Assembly (NCBI RefSeq): GCF_006345805.1
Contig: NC_042999.1
Location: 34,720,001-34,784,000 of the forward strand
Length of the DNA stretch: 64,000 nt
Direction: 5' to 3'
Origin: Octopus sinensis
Lineage: Eukaryota
The notes under the pieces: generated by a model
The model's database searches: none
Told to the model about the DNA's origin: nothing
What the model saw: the letters and a program-made list of their open reading frames with translations, nothing else
Program-made: the position numbers and the translations under genes
Part shown: positions 37,455-50,134 of the stretch, in pieces
Layout of the letters: each line of letters starts with the position of its first letter
Numbering within the stretch: the first letter of the stretch is position 1

Positions 37455-38100
37455 CAAAATGGGTGGCGATTTTATAGCTCGTTTAGTCGTCATGGATGAA
37501 AATTTGCTTCATCATTATCGTCCTCAGACCAAGCAGCAATCAATTCTGTGGCACCCCAGCGGTTCACCATGTCCTAAGAAGTTTCGGATCTACAGGTTAA
37601 CTGGATGGATTCTGGCTTCAGTGTTCTGAGACACAGACGGTGTACGCTTCATAAAATACATGCCAAATGGTCGCACCATCAACGCCGAATACTACATTTC
37701 TCTGTTGGATGGACTGCGTGAAGCTTTGAAGCAGAAATGCCTTTGAAGGTGTTCTGTTTTTGCAGGACAATGTTCCAGCACACAGAGCACATTAAACTCT
37801 ACAGAAATACACGACTTAGGCTTCGAATTGGTAGACCATCTTCCTTACCACCCTGACATTGTCCTCTCGCACTATCACTTCCTTCCATAACTGAAGAAAA
37901 ATCTCAAGGGGTGGGGATTTCACTCCGATTCCGAAATGATCGCTGCCTGGTAACAGGCAAAACCTTCCGTGTTCTTTGTTACAGGGCTTTTAAAAACCAA
38001 AGAACCGTTGCAAAAATTGCGTGAATCTGAGAGGAATATGTTGAATAGAATCATAATTTGTTTTCTTTTACCCAAGGCCAGGAAGTTTTCAACACCCCGT
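37455..38100 (+). mobile_element. Mariner transposase remnant with 3' TIR
   Basis: LVVMDENLLHHYRPQTKQQS (VTxDE motif), TINAEYY, LQDNVPAH, HLPYHPD (YSPDL-like); TIR GGCCAGGAAGTTTTCAACACCCC. Confidence 0.85.
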
Positions 38101-38109
38101 TCTATACAC

Positions 38110-38151
<42 letters not shown>

Positions 38152-38161
38152 ACACACACAC

Positions 38162-38247
<86 letters not shown>
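38162..38247 (+). repeat. (GATA)n microsatellite
   Basis: Direct reading. Confidence 0.97.
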
Positions 38248-38249
<2 letters not shown>

Positions 38250-38282
38250 AACTTACTTGGAAAAGAATGCGTGGCGTTCGAT

Positions 38283-38521
38283 CATATAATAATATATATA
38301 ATATATAAATATATGCATATATACATACATATATGTACATGCATAAATCTATATGTATATATACATGCATATATGGGTACAGGACATCTAAAACACGTTG
38401 AACACAATGAAAAGCGAAAAAGTTTTTCATTGTGTTCAACGTTTTTTTATGTCCTCTACCCATATATGCATGTATATATACATATAGATGTAGGTATGTA
38501 CATATATGTATGTATATATGC

Positions 38522-38552
<31 letters not shown>

Positions 38553-38560
38553 ATAATATA
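38283..38560. repeat. Near-perfect palindrome, ~130-bp arms, ~8-nt loop
   Basis: 38283-38413 is the reverse complement of 38424-38560; contains GTACAGGACATC. Confidence 0.9.
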
Positions 38561-39104
38561 TATTATATATATATATATTATATATATATATATATAATTA
38601 TAGAGTAGTTGTATTTACATCAAACGAAGTGGGCTACGTTAAATCCAGTACATGATAAAACTTTAGAGGTCTATAGACATGTTAAAAACTTGGCACAAAG
38701 ATTGTTTCAATAGACATAGTGTCATCAAGTGGTCTGGTGTGTGTGTGTGTGTGTTTGTGAATATGTGTGTGTCTGTGTCTTTATGACTATGTGTGTGTCT
38801 CTATGTCTGTGTGTGTGCGTTTGCGTGTGTAATACGTTCTCTTAAACTACCTCTATATGCTATCAGGATTAAGGTAAGAAGTAGGGATTATCTACCAGCG
38901 TTCGTTGGACGATAAAATACGAAAACCTTCGAAAGCTGCTCATTAATACAACTCGTCAAACTAAAAAGTACAACCTCCTACACTGCATTTTATTGATGCA
39001 ATAAATACTTTGCTTAATATCTCTATGATATATATCCCTATATTATAATCTCTATCAGTAGCACGGAATGAAGCCTGGATGAATCGAATTCATAGTCTCT
39101 CTCC

Positions 39105-39144
<40 letters not shown>

Positions 39145-40039
39145 CACACAGGCATGTATACACAGTCTTACACCCACGTGTACTCAATAAATATTACAGA
39201 TATAGCTTTATGTTCATTAATTTGTATTTAGCACACACGATTGGTAGGGGATGGATATATCAGTTAGTGTCTTTGGTTTTCTTATTAATGTGGCAAGCAG
39301 CGAAAATCGTTAGCGAGCCGGACAAAGTGCTTAGACTCATTTCGTCTATCTTTATGTTCTGAGTGCAAATTCCGCTGAGGCTGAATTTGCCTTTTATCTT
39401 TCCGGGGTCGATAAAATAAGTACGGGTGGAAGTTTTGGGGTCGATGTTATCGACTTAGCCCCTCCCCCATAATTGTTGGACCTGTACCAAAATTTGAAAT
39501 CATCATTATCAATATTAATATTTTGTTCGTCTATCCACGTATATTGCTTATCGGTCCCGCAAGTTTATTATCATTCGTATTTTTACACAAAGTTATTTCT
39601 TATCGTTTTATAGATAGACTAACCAGAACCATAGAGAGCTGGTCAGTTTTTATGCATCTGCAGCCCTTACAGGCTAAGTTGGGATCTGTTCAGCAAACAG
39701 GCCCTTTAATGTTTGCTAAAGAAAGATGTCGAACGAGGATTGCTCGTGCGCTGGAAAGAACAAACGGCTATCCGCCGAACGAAACAGAGAAATCGTAAAA
39801 ATTACTGACAGCAGCAACAACAGTAACCGAGAAAAGTATAAAGCTAATTTTTCGCTGCTAAAAGTTTCAACAGCGCCATTACCATCACAGGAACAACAAA
39901 AGAAAATAATGTCAAAGAAAAGCAACACCAACACTAGGAAGAACACTGCTGCCTTCACCATCATTACCAGTGACAAAAGCATATCCACCACCTCCTACAC
40001 AAACATTAATACAACGGAAAACGTGCCTGAGTAGTGGAA

Positions 40040-40615
40040 CCCATTTCCCCTACAGAAAGCGAAAGGGCATGTATTCCAGTTTGGTTAAGCCTAAATAGGG
40101 ACAAGACCCGATGGTCAGGCGGTAATATATAACGGAGATGTCTACATTCGTCACCTCTGCTTGACCTTGCAGAAACAGACTTCGGTCCATTCTTCGATGA
40201 TATTGGCCAACCTGTGTGTCACCTCGCCCTAGTTTTCACCAGGAGATCTATACCAAGCCTAGCAATTTAACTGGTCCCTCCATCCAGCATCCCACGACAT
40301 TAATGAACGACATGAACCTGTCTTTCCAGGTACCGAGCTGCAGGCCCACTGACTTTTCTTGAATAACTTTTGCTCCAGCTACCGCCTCATATTCTTTAAG
40401 AGTAGTACCGATCAGGTCTATGACGGTGACGTCGTCTGCGTATGCCGGCAGAATCCCCCCCCCCAATATCCTAGTGTGCATGGGATGCCTCTCAACGCCT
40501 CCAATTTCTGCAGTAATGGCTCAAGAACCAGTAGATACAGAAAAAAGGAAAGGGAACTTTCTTGACAGACCGAACGCGTGATGTTGGATGGATCCATTAG
40601 GTAACCATTCACCTA
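40040..40615 (-). pseudogene. L1/Tx1-clade RT fragment
   Basis: NGYL..P..ITRSV.Q...LS..LYLLVLEPLL, AYADDVTV, EYEAVAGAK...EKSVGLQLGTW. Confidence 0.85.
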
Positions 40616-40646
40616 AACTACCGAGCAGAATATTATTATTATTATT

Positions 40647-40681
<35 letters not shown>

Positions 40682-42103
40682 AATCATTAATATTATTATT
40701 ATTATTAGCTCAGAGAAAATGTAAGCAGCATTTCGCCCGTCTTTATGTTCTGAGTTCAACTTCCACCGGGATCAACTTCACCTTTCATCCGTTTGGGATC
40801 GATAAATTAAGTATCTGTTGAGACCTGGGGTCCATATAATTGATTAATCCCCTATCCTACTATTGCCGGCCTCGGACTAAGGCGTGAAACCATTATTAGC
40901 TTTTGTGTTTACAAGCTACCCTGACCAGGTTGCTGTACCTGTGTGTGTGTGTGTGTGTGAATGAGTGTCTATAGAATGAAATAAGTACTATAGCATCTAC
41001 TATAGAATGTCAATTAATACTATAGAATGTCCTCGTGTATATGTGTGCGTGCAAGCACGGCGGGTGTCTATATATACAAGTATAGGCAAGTATTTGTGGC
41101 CCAGTTGATGACTATATAATTATTTTTGAGTTTGGCACAGACAAGAAATTATAAATGGAGGAGCAAACCACTTACATCGACACCAGTGCTCCACTAGTAC
41201 TTATTATATCGAAAGGAAAAGTGAACCTCAGTGGTATTTGAACTTAGAACTTATATTGTAAGTTCTAAGCATTTTGACTGGCATGCCAGCAGGACGCCTT
41301 TGACGTTTTATATAATACTTCAACTCGATTAAGAGTATGATTTCTGTACTAATAGCTTGGATGAATTTAATATTTATCTCAGACTTTACTTAAATAAAAA
41401 GGGTTCCTGCAGAGAAATGTTATGAAACATAACCTTCGGTAGATATACTATTCAAATGAAATATTCATATCGAATAAACATTTATTATAATCTGTAACGG
41501 TTGACTTGTATTTATATTTGATTATTGTTGACGTAATTTTAAAGGTGTCATATCCGGCAAAAATACTTTGAATTGATACATTTTGCACCAAGTATAAAGA
41601 AGCATACACAGATATTATGTATTTCACTACTTTTAATTAAGGATTTGGTTGAAATTATATAGAGATATATTGAAGAGGATTTTTTTGTTAACTTTTGTAT
41701 TAGTTTAGTAAACAATATACTAGATTTGATAATAATCGTTTTCGATAGCAATTATAAGCTGAGTAAAATTATTTTATTTTTACCTCCCCAACATTACAAG
41801 ATGAAGCAAGTTATCGTATTAGGTGTGTATCTCTTCTTAGTATGTTGTTTTGCCAATTTTCACTTAGATTATTCCCAGATCCTATTGATTATTGCCTCAC
41901 ACAACTGGATAAATGAGGATTTATTAGTACAGCAAAAGCCTCAACTGATTTTCATTGCAGATGTTTGATTCGATTCAATAGCGACCACACCGTTTGCGAT
42001 CATCCCTGGATTATATTTCTCTACAAAGGTATCTTCAAAGCTCATCAGTGTTAAATCCACGAAGCAGAAGCACGCATGCAAATAAAAACACGCGAAGAAT
42101 ATC

Positions 42104-42318
42104 TGTTTCTTTACTACCCACAAGGGGCTAAACACAGAGGGGACAAACAAGAACAGACAAACGGATTAAGACGATTATATCGAAACCAGTGCGTACCTGG
42201 TACTTAATCTATCGACCCTGAAAGGATGAAAGGTAAAGTCGACCTCGGCGGAATTTGAGCGAAATACGGCTACGCATTTCGTGCGACGTGCTAACGTTTC
42301 TGCCAGCTCGCCGCCTTG
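42104..42318 (-). mobile_element. SINE family A monomer with 15-bp TSD
   Basis: TSD CACGCGAAGAATATC at 42089-42103 and 42319-42333. Confidence 0.88.
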
Positions 42319-42976
42319 CACGCGAAGAATATCGACAACATTTGAATAAGGGAAGACATTTATATCACTCAGCCCTCGTTGAATTATATGAATTCACTGA
42401 GCGTATTTCATTGGCTAGAAATATTTTCAGATCTAATATATTACTAAAATATTTTACTTCCGTGTTTATGCATTTTTTTCGTAAAATACTAAACTGCATA
42501 CGCATAACAGATTTCTTTCAAGATTTAAAGAAAATCATTTTAAAATAATCAACCGTATTAACGTTACGGCTAACGCTGCGAAAAGTGACAATATTAAACT
42601 CAATTGAAGAAATTCCTCTTTCTATTTTTGAGAGCTTTCAGCTACATTTGTTACATTACTGTTAACTATATATTATGCAGCTTTTTTAATGAGATTCTAC
42701 TTTAACTTTAAGGATTTGTTTGTATACATTCTTTTAATGTTCACTTCGACGTCAGTTAATGGCTAAATTTACAAGCTAATGGCTATATCTTATGAATTGA
42801 ATAGCTTTGACTAAATCGAATCCACACATGTTTGCACATAAACTCTCATACACGCGTGTGTTAGTTTATGTTTATCTATGGCCTTGAATTTGTATATTTA
42901 ATTATGAAGTGGTTGTATATATATATCTATGTATATATAATACTATAATAATATATTTGTATCTCTCTCTCTCTTT

Positions 42977-43007
<31 letters not shown>

Positions 43008-43046
43008 CATACACACCACACACACACGCACACACACACGCACACA

Positions 43047-43151
<105 letters not shown>

Positions 43152-43181
43152 CATGTAGAAGGTTGAAAAGTTACACGCGAA

Positions 43182-43466
43182 TTTGCCGAACCGCTAAGTT
43201 ACGGGGACGTAAACACAACAACACCGCTTATCATGCGATGTTAGGGGGACAAACACAGACACACAAACATACATACACACACATACATATATATATATAT
43301 ATATTATATATATATATACGGCGGGCTTCTTTCAGTTTCCGTCAACCAAATCCACTCACAATGCTTTGGTCCGCCCGAAGCTATAATAGAAGACACTTGC
43401 CCAAGGTGTCTCGCAGTGGGAATGAACCCGGAACCATGTGGTTGGTAAGCAAGCGACTTACCACAA
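43182..43466 (-). mobile_element. SINE family C, 3'-truncated
   Basis: Reverse complement of the head and body of 6908-7320, with internal microsatellite. Confidence 0.8.
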
Positions 43467-43589
43467 CATAATAATAATAATAAATGAGCTGTTGCAGTAC
43501 CAGTCAGTGGCCTGGTACTGCATCTTAACTAATCTTAAATCATTGGAAGTGTCGTACGCAATATTCCGACTGGCACGGGCTCTTCAAAA

Positions 43590-44146
43590 AACTTGACAGA
43601 ACTGCAGCTCAATCAACAGTATGTTCATCGTTGTTTTCGATATCCGCGGTATTGTGCATCGGGACTTTCTCCCCTGGGGCCAGAACATCAATCGAGAGTT
43701 CTACTGCAACGTTTCGAAGCGTTTGGAGGAGGATATTCTGCAAAACCGACCGGGTCTGTGGAGCGCGGTAAATTGGATTCTTCACCCTGTTCCCGAGCTC
43801 TCCGCCCCCTTGAGTTTCTCGCCATAAACGACATGGTATCACTTCCCCACCGACCAATTGGCCTTATTTAGCACCAGCGGACTTCCATCTTTATCTCAAG
43901 ATCAAAATGCAGCTCAAATGTTACCGTTCTAACACCGTCGTAGGGATCAGGAGCGAATCGCAGAAGGTCCTCGACTCGTTTATGGAAACTGACTTCCAAG
44001 CCGGATTCCAAAAGTGGCAGGGATGCTGGGACTGGTGTATTGTTGTGCAAGGTGACAATTTAGAAGGAGATGATATTAAAACTTACGTGCATAAGTTACT
44101 TTTTATTAAACATGACTAATCCAGGAAAGGTTTGATACTACTTCGT
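43590..44146 (+). mobile_element. Mariner transposase 3' remnant with TIR
   Basis: MFIVVFDIRGIVHRDFLP.GQNIN.EFYC...WILH; LAPADFHL; KW..CWD.CI; ends CTTCGTA. Confidence 0.85.
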
Positions 44147-44398
44147 ACGAGAAGTGTATAGAAATATATGTATGCTCCTCACTGTTTAATGTAAATCACT
44201 GACAAGCTTAAAGCCTGAAGCTAGTGTTTCCTCTTCAGTAGAAGTAGTCATCCACGTACCTACTTTAGTTCCTTCCATTAATTTAGCTATTTACTGTATT
44301 GTTCCTTCCGGCTCACCCACCACTTGTAAATCTATACCTTGCAGGTGGAATCTAATGTCATCAGGAATGGTCCTCGTTAGCCTCATTACCATCCCTCC

Positions 44399-44622
44399 TT
44401 ATTTCTTTACTACCCACAAGGGGCTAAACATAGAGGGGACAAACAAGGACAGACAAACGGATTAAGTCGATTACATCGCCCCCCAGTGCGTAACTGGTAC
44501 TTAATTTATCGACCCCGAAAGGATGAAAGGCAAAGTCAACCTCGGCGGAATTTGAACTCAGAATGTAACGGCAGACGAAATACGGCTACGCATTTCGCCC
44601 GGCGTGCTAACGATTCTGCCTC
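44399..44622 (-). mobile_element. SINE family A monomer
   Basis: Near-identical to the reverse complement of 1188-1412. Confidence 0.85.
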
Positions 44623-45064
44623 CTACTTCAATCATGTGTCTTACTGCTTGGGTGGTAAGTGCATGCCATCAAAGTGACACTGGGGTAAAATATACGAAGC
44701 CCAGTATACCCATCATGACTACCCGTCTGATAAGGGTACACTAGACACATGCATCACAACCATATGTGCGCGACATGGTGATCTCATATCAAAATAAACA
44801 GCACATGACCTTGCAGGTGGAACCCAGTTAGAATTTTCTTCAGGTCGAGTAACCCATCCCACTCGAAAGGTCCCTGAATAAGGGTTGTTTAAGGATGTTG
44901 AACGAAACACCCATGTTTCCAGAGATGAATTATTCAAACCCCAAAGAATCCCTCTCAACACATGGCTATGGTGCTCCCCCACTACTTCTGCTCGTGATCA
45001 GAGATGCATATATCGTCAGCCACTAAGGGACATGCTCAACTGGTTAAAGTCAAACAACTGACAA

Positions 45065-45084
45065 TATTATTATTATTATTATTA

Positions 45085-45154
<70 letters not shown>

Positions 45155-45169
45155 TCTATTTTATTATTA

Positions 45170-45267
<98 letters not shown>
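45065..45267 (-). repeat. (TAA)n tract abutting the Dong 3' end
   Basis: Direct reading; ~200 bp with two interruptions. Confidence 0.97.
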
Positions 45268-45268
<1 letters not shown>

Positions 45269-46105
45269 ATTCAGTAGTTTTATTTTTATAGCGTGCTTTC
45301 ACTTCAATACCGAGCGCAGCTCTGTGTGCCTTAGGTATGTGCTGTGATTTGTTGTGATGCTCTGATGGTTATTGTATGGAAAGTGTTCTGGGTAGGATGT
45401 GTGCAGTACCTAGTAGTGCAATTTTCTGTATGTTATATGTGTTTGTAAGTCCTGGTGTTTTTGTTATGTATTTGTCTGAATATTTTTTTATCATGCCAAG
45501 TGCACCTACTATGATAGGAATTGTTTCTGTTTTTAGATTCCACATTCTGGTTACCTCTATTTCCAGGTCTTTGTATTTTGAGAGTTTCTCCATTTCTTTT
45601 AGAGACACGTTGTCATCTGCCGGTATTGATACATCAATTAGAAAGCATTTTTTTCTTCATGATCTTTGACAACTATATCTGGTCTGCTGGCCTTAATTTA
45701 TCTATCTGTGTGTATCGGCATATCCCAGAGTATGGTTGCTTTCTCGTTTTCTGTGACCTTTTCTGGTGTGTGCTTATACCATCTTTTTTCTGTTGTTATT
45801 CCATAGTGTTGGCATAGCTTCCAATGTATGTAGGTTCCAACTCTGTCATGTCTGTGAATATATTCCTTCTTAGCCAGGACTGGGCAGCTAGAGATAATAT
45901 GATTTATTGTTTCTTGTCCATCTCCACATATTCTGCAGTTACTTGTATATATTTTTTTCATTACAAGTTTTTGGTAATTTCTGGTGGGGAGACTTTGGTC
46001 TTGTGCAACAATTAAAAATCCATCTGTCTCTGCTTTGAGTCCTGAGATTCTCAACCATTGATGGGATTTTTCTTTGTCTATTTCTTTTGCGTTTAGTTTA
46101 GTTTA
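45268..46105 (-). mobile_element. 5'-truncated R4/Dong-clade non-LTR retrotransposon (CCHC plus restriction-like endonuclease)
   Basis: CRICGDGQETINHIISSC, RHDRV..YIHW.LC, RPDIVV..IDVSIP..EKLSKYKDL..MW; one nonsense codon and one frameshift; 3'UTR runs into (TAA)n. Confidence 0.88.
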
Positions 46106-46170
46106 TAGAGGGGTCACACGATGGATGGATGGATGGATGGATGGATGGATGGATGGATGGATGGATTTAA

Positions 46171-46651
46171 TTTTCGATATGCAAATTAGGGACTCCAGCA
46201 TAGAAATAAATAGTGTAATTTTTGAGTTTATATACCGGTTATAATTTTTAGGTATGCAAATTAGGGACTCCAGCAAAGAATTTAATAGTGTACTTTTTGA
46301 GTTTATATACCGGTTATAATTTTTTGGTATGCAAATTAGGGACTCCAGCTTAGAATTCACTAGTGTGCTTTTTGAGTTTATATACCAGTTATAATTTTTC
46401 GATATGCAGATTAGGGACTCCAGCATAGAATAACTGCTGTATTTGTTGAGTATATATTGAGTTTATAGAGGGGTCAAACGATGGATGGATGGCTTTTATG
46501 ATTTTTCGGTATGCAAATTAGGGACTCCAGCATAGAATTCACTAGTGTACTTTTTGAGTTTATATACCGGTTATAATTTTTCGGTATGCAAATTTGGGAC
46601 TCCAGCAAAGAATTAAATAGTGTACTTTTTGAGTTTATTTACCGGCTATAA
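46171..46651. repeat. 75-bp minisatellite (6 units, in two blocks)
   Basis: ATGCAAATTAGGGACTCCAGCA...GAGTTTATATACCGGTTATAA; GCA(A/G)A anchors at 46181, 46256, 46331, 46406, 46513 and 46588. Confidence 0.92.
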
Positions 46652-46889
46652 GCCTGTTGAAGTACATTATATGTCTCTGTTGCAGACTTCCGAAATTGAA
46701 AGCAAAATTTCAAGTTATCTCTTACCTTCAACTTCCTGTCTATGATAACAATCACAAACTACAGCATACACGTGATCACAAAAACACAAATTTCACGAAT
46801 CACGAAGTAATCACAGCAATGTCACTCGGCACTTTGCCTCATGAATGTCACTGCTAACTCTCACGGCTCACTCAGTTGTGTACTGCTTT

Positions 46890-47291
46890 AAGGCGGCGAG
46901 CTGGCAGAAACGTTATCACGCCGGGCGATATGTTTAGGGGTATTTCGTCTGTCTTTACGTTCTGAGTTCAATTTCCGCCGAGGTCGTCTTTGCCTTTCAT
47001 CCTTTCAGAGTCGATTAAATAAGTACCAGTTGCGCACTGGGTTCGATATAATCGATTTAATCCGTTTGTCTGTCCTTGTTTGTCCTCTCTGTGTTTAGCT
47101 CCTTGTTGGTAGTAAAGAAATAGGTATTTCGTCTGTCTTTATGTTCTGAGTTCCAATTCCGCCGAGGTCGACTTTGACTTTCATCCTTTCAGGGTCGATA
47201 AATTAAGTACCAGTTGCGTACTGGGGTCGATCTAATTGACTGGTCCTCTCACCCCAAATTTCGATCCTTGTGCCTAGAGTAGAAAAGAATC
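46890..47291 (+). mobile_element. SINE family A dimer with 12-bp TSD
   Basis: TSD GTGTACTGCTTT at 46878-46889 and 47292-47303. Confidence 0.9.
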
Positions 47292-48031
47292 GTGTACTGC
47301 TTTTTATTGGCGCGCTACAGTACTAGTCCTGGAACTTTTTGATGCCACCTCGTATTCCTTTCCATGAAATAAAGTTCTTAAAATCATTAGTAATCTTGAA
47401 TAGCTCTAATTCTTTTGGATTCGTCGGCACATTATAACTCGGAACTTGAAGTTAATTAAGCTGAATTCATTTTTGTCTTCTTTATTGTAACAGCAGAGAA
47501 CATGTAGAAATTGAGTGAGTTTTGAAATTAATTAAGCTAAATTCGCTTTTCCCCCTTTTTTAACAGTAGAAAAAACAGTTAGAGACAGAAAAACCTCTTA
47601 CATTCAGGTAAAATACCTCCAGTGCATATTTAACTTAAAGTCAAAGATAGTCGTAAATAGTACCATTTCGTCGTTTTGGACTGGTCAACATAACATAAAT
47701 CGGGACTTGTAATCAATTAAGCTAAAGTAGAATTGTGGAAGGTGAGTAGGTATTTATTTAGTTAAGATGCTTATGTTGGAGGGACACCGGGTTGAGAATG
47801 ATATAAAGTAAAATTGAATTAGAATAGATTCATGATAAACTAGCTTAAAACCAAAAAGACAATAATTAAATATTAATTTTTGAGTAATAAAGTGAAAAGA
47901 AAAGGATATATGCTTAATACTTAGTTATTTACAGGAGTAGATATTAGAAATCACTATATTGGAAACGGGGATACTTGATAAAATACATTGTTTCAGGTGA
48001 GAGAGCGAGGTGGTGTGCCATGCTATAGTGT

Positions 48032-48417
48032 GTGTGGAAGCACTCCGTCGGTTACGACGACGAGGGTTCCGGTTGATCCGATCAACGGAACAGCCTGCTC
48101 GCGAAATTAGCCTGTAAGTGGCTGAGCACTCCACAGACACGTGTACCCTTAACATAGTTCTCGGGGATATTCAGCGTGACACAGAGAGTGACAAGGCCGG
48201 CCCTTTGAAATACAGGTACAACAGAAACAGGAAGTAAGAGTGAGAGAAAGTTGTGGTGAAAGAGTACAGCAGGGATCACCACCATCCCTGCCGGAGCCTC
48301 GTGGAGCTTTAGGTGTTTTCGCTCAATAAACACTCACAACGCCCGGTCTGGGAATCGAAACCGCGATCCTATAACCGCGAGTCCGCTGCCCTAACCACTG
48401 GGCCATTGCGCCTCCAC
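48032..48417 (-). mobile_element. Young SINE family B with 10-bp TSD
   Basis: TSD GCTATAGTGT at 48022-48031 and 48418-48427; near-identical to 36086-36472. Confidence 0.92.
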
Positions 48418-49687
48418 GCTATAGTGTAATGACGTTGAAAGTGTGCTAGTATATATCCCCCTGTCACCACTAGTAATTTGAAGAAATGGAAAGAATATAA
48501 GAATGAGGAATAACTACCCGTAATATGATACATGGACTGGATATTGACTATGCGAAGATGGGGTCTCGGGATCGGAGACGCGTAAAGGCTTAAGTTTTAC
48601 TTTAAACATTGAGAAAACAAATTCACTTTGTTCTTACCGAACTCTGAGATAATAGAAGAATTTACTGCCATTAGGTTTGTCGTGTGTTTGGATTCATTAT
48701 CATTGATATATGCTATTTATATGTCGATGTGATACTCCTTATAAAAGAGATACATAAAAAAAAAGAATGTATCACAGCTGTTGAATCCTATAAAAATCCG
48801 ATAAGAACTTCATATAAGGTGTATAGATAAATAGAATAAATTAGCTTAAATTAAAGTAAAATAAAATAGCATAAAATAAAGTGAAATAAAAGTATTTTTA
48901 ACGTAATTTATAAATCATAGATAGAACGGGGTGGGTGAATTGCTTCCTGGAATTGGTACCGGAAGTACAACAATGTGCTGTCGGCTTGCAGGAAGAAATA
49001 TACTGGCAATTTATTAAAACAGCTACAGTAATCTAAGTATTAATGAGGATAGACTTTGGCAAACAATAAACTAATGAATGAAATCTTGCAAATTTTACTT
49101 TAAACATTGAGAAAACAAATTCAGTTCCTTGCTACCGAACTCTCAGAAAATAATAGAATACACTGCCATTAGGTCTGTCGTGAATTTGGATTCATTATCA
49201 TTGGCATATGATATTTACATGTCGATGTGATACTTCCTATAAAATTTCTGTTGCTGTATTATTGACTTTAATGTATCCAGGTGTAGATTTGAATTTCTTT
49301 TTCTCTGTATATAATTCAGCTTATCGAGGACTGCTTATCGTTCTCTTCTGTGTACACTATTTTCATGTAGGAGTACATCTGTTGAGCTTCATATCCACTA
49401 GAAATCTTCATAAAAGTTTTCAAGATATTTATCCAAAGCTGAATCAGGTTGGCTGATTCACAGCATTTTAACAGCATAACAAAAACTGAAAATTAAAATC
49501 TTGGTTGTTTTATATACGAACACTTCCAAATATGTTGCTTGCCGCTGGGCATCATTCCCCAACCATTCAAGTTTAAAACATATCTCTCTATAGGTGGTAC
49601 CAGTTTTGCTATTGCTTATTCGAAGATATTTAAAGGAATTACAGTAATGTAAAGGAATTACAGCAAGAGTATGGACTTTAAAATCCA

Positions 49688-49893
49688 CTCTCTCTCTTTA
49701 CTCTTTTATTTGTTTCGGTCATTTGACTGCGGCCATGCTGAAGCACCGCCTTTAGTCGAGCAGATCGACCCCGGGACTTATTCTTTGTAAGCCCAGTACT
49801 TATTCTATCAGTCTCTTTTGCCGAACCGCTAAGTGACGGGAACGTAAACACACCAGCATCTGTTGTCAAGCAATGCTAGGAGGACAAACACAG

Positions 49894-49973
<80 letters not shown>

Positions 49974-50131
49974 TACGACAGGCTTCTTTCAGTTTCCGTC
50001 AACCAAATCCGCTCACAAGGTTTTGGTCGGCCCGGGGCTATAGCAGGAGACACTTGCCCAAGATGCCACGCAGTGGGAGTGAACCCGGAACCATGTGGTT
50101 GGTTAGCAAGCTTCTTACCACACAGCCACTC
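49688..50131 (-). mobile_element. SINE family C, full length
   Basis: Reverse complement of the family consensus, including tail and internal (TA)n. Confidence 0.87.
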
Positions 50132-50134
50132 TGT

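Noticed and set aside
42005-42055. Minus-strand CTGATGA-GCT...AGA-GAAA hammerhead-like motif
   Set aside because: The stem II closing pair is broken and no stem I can form.
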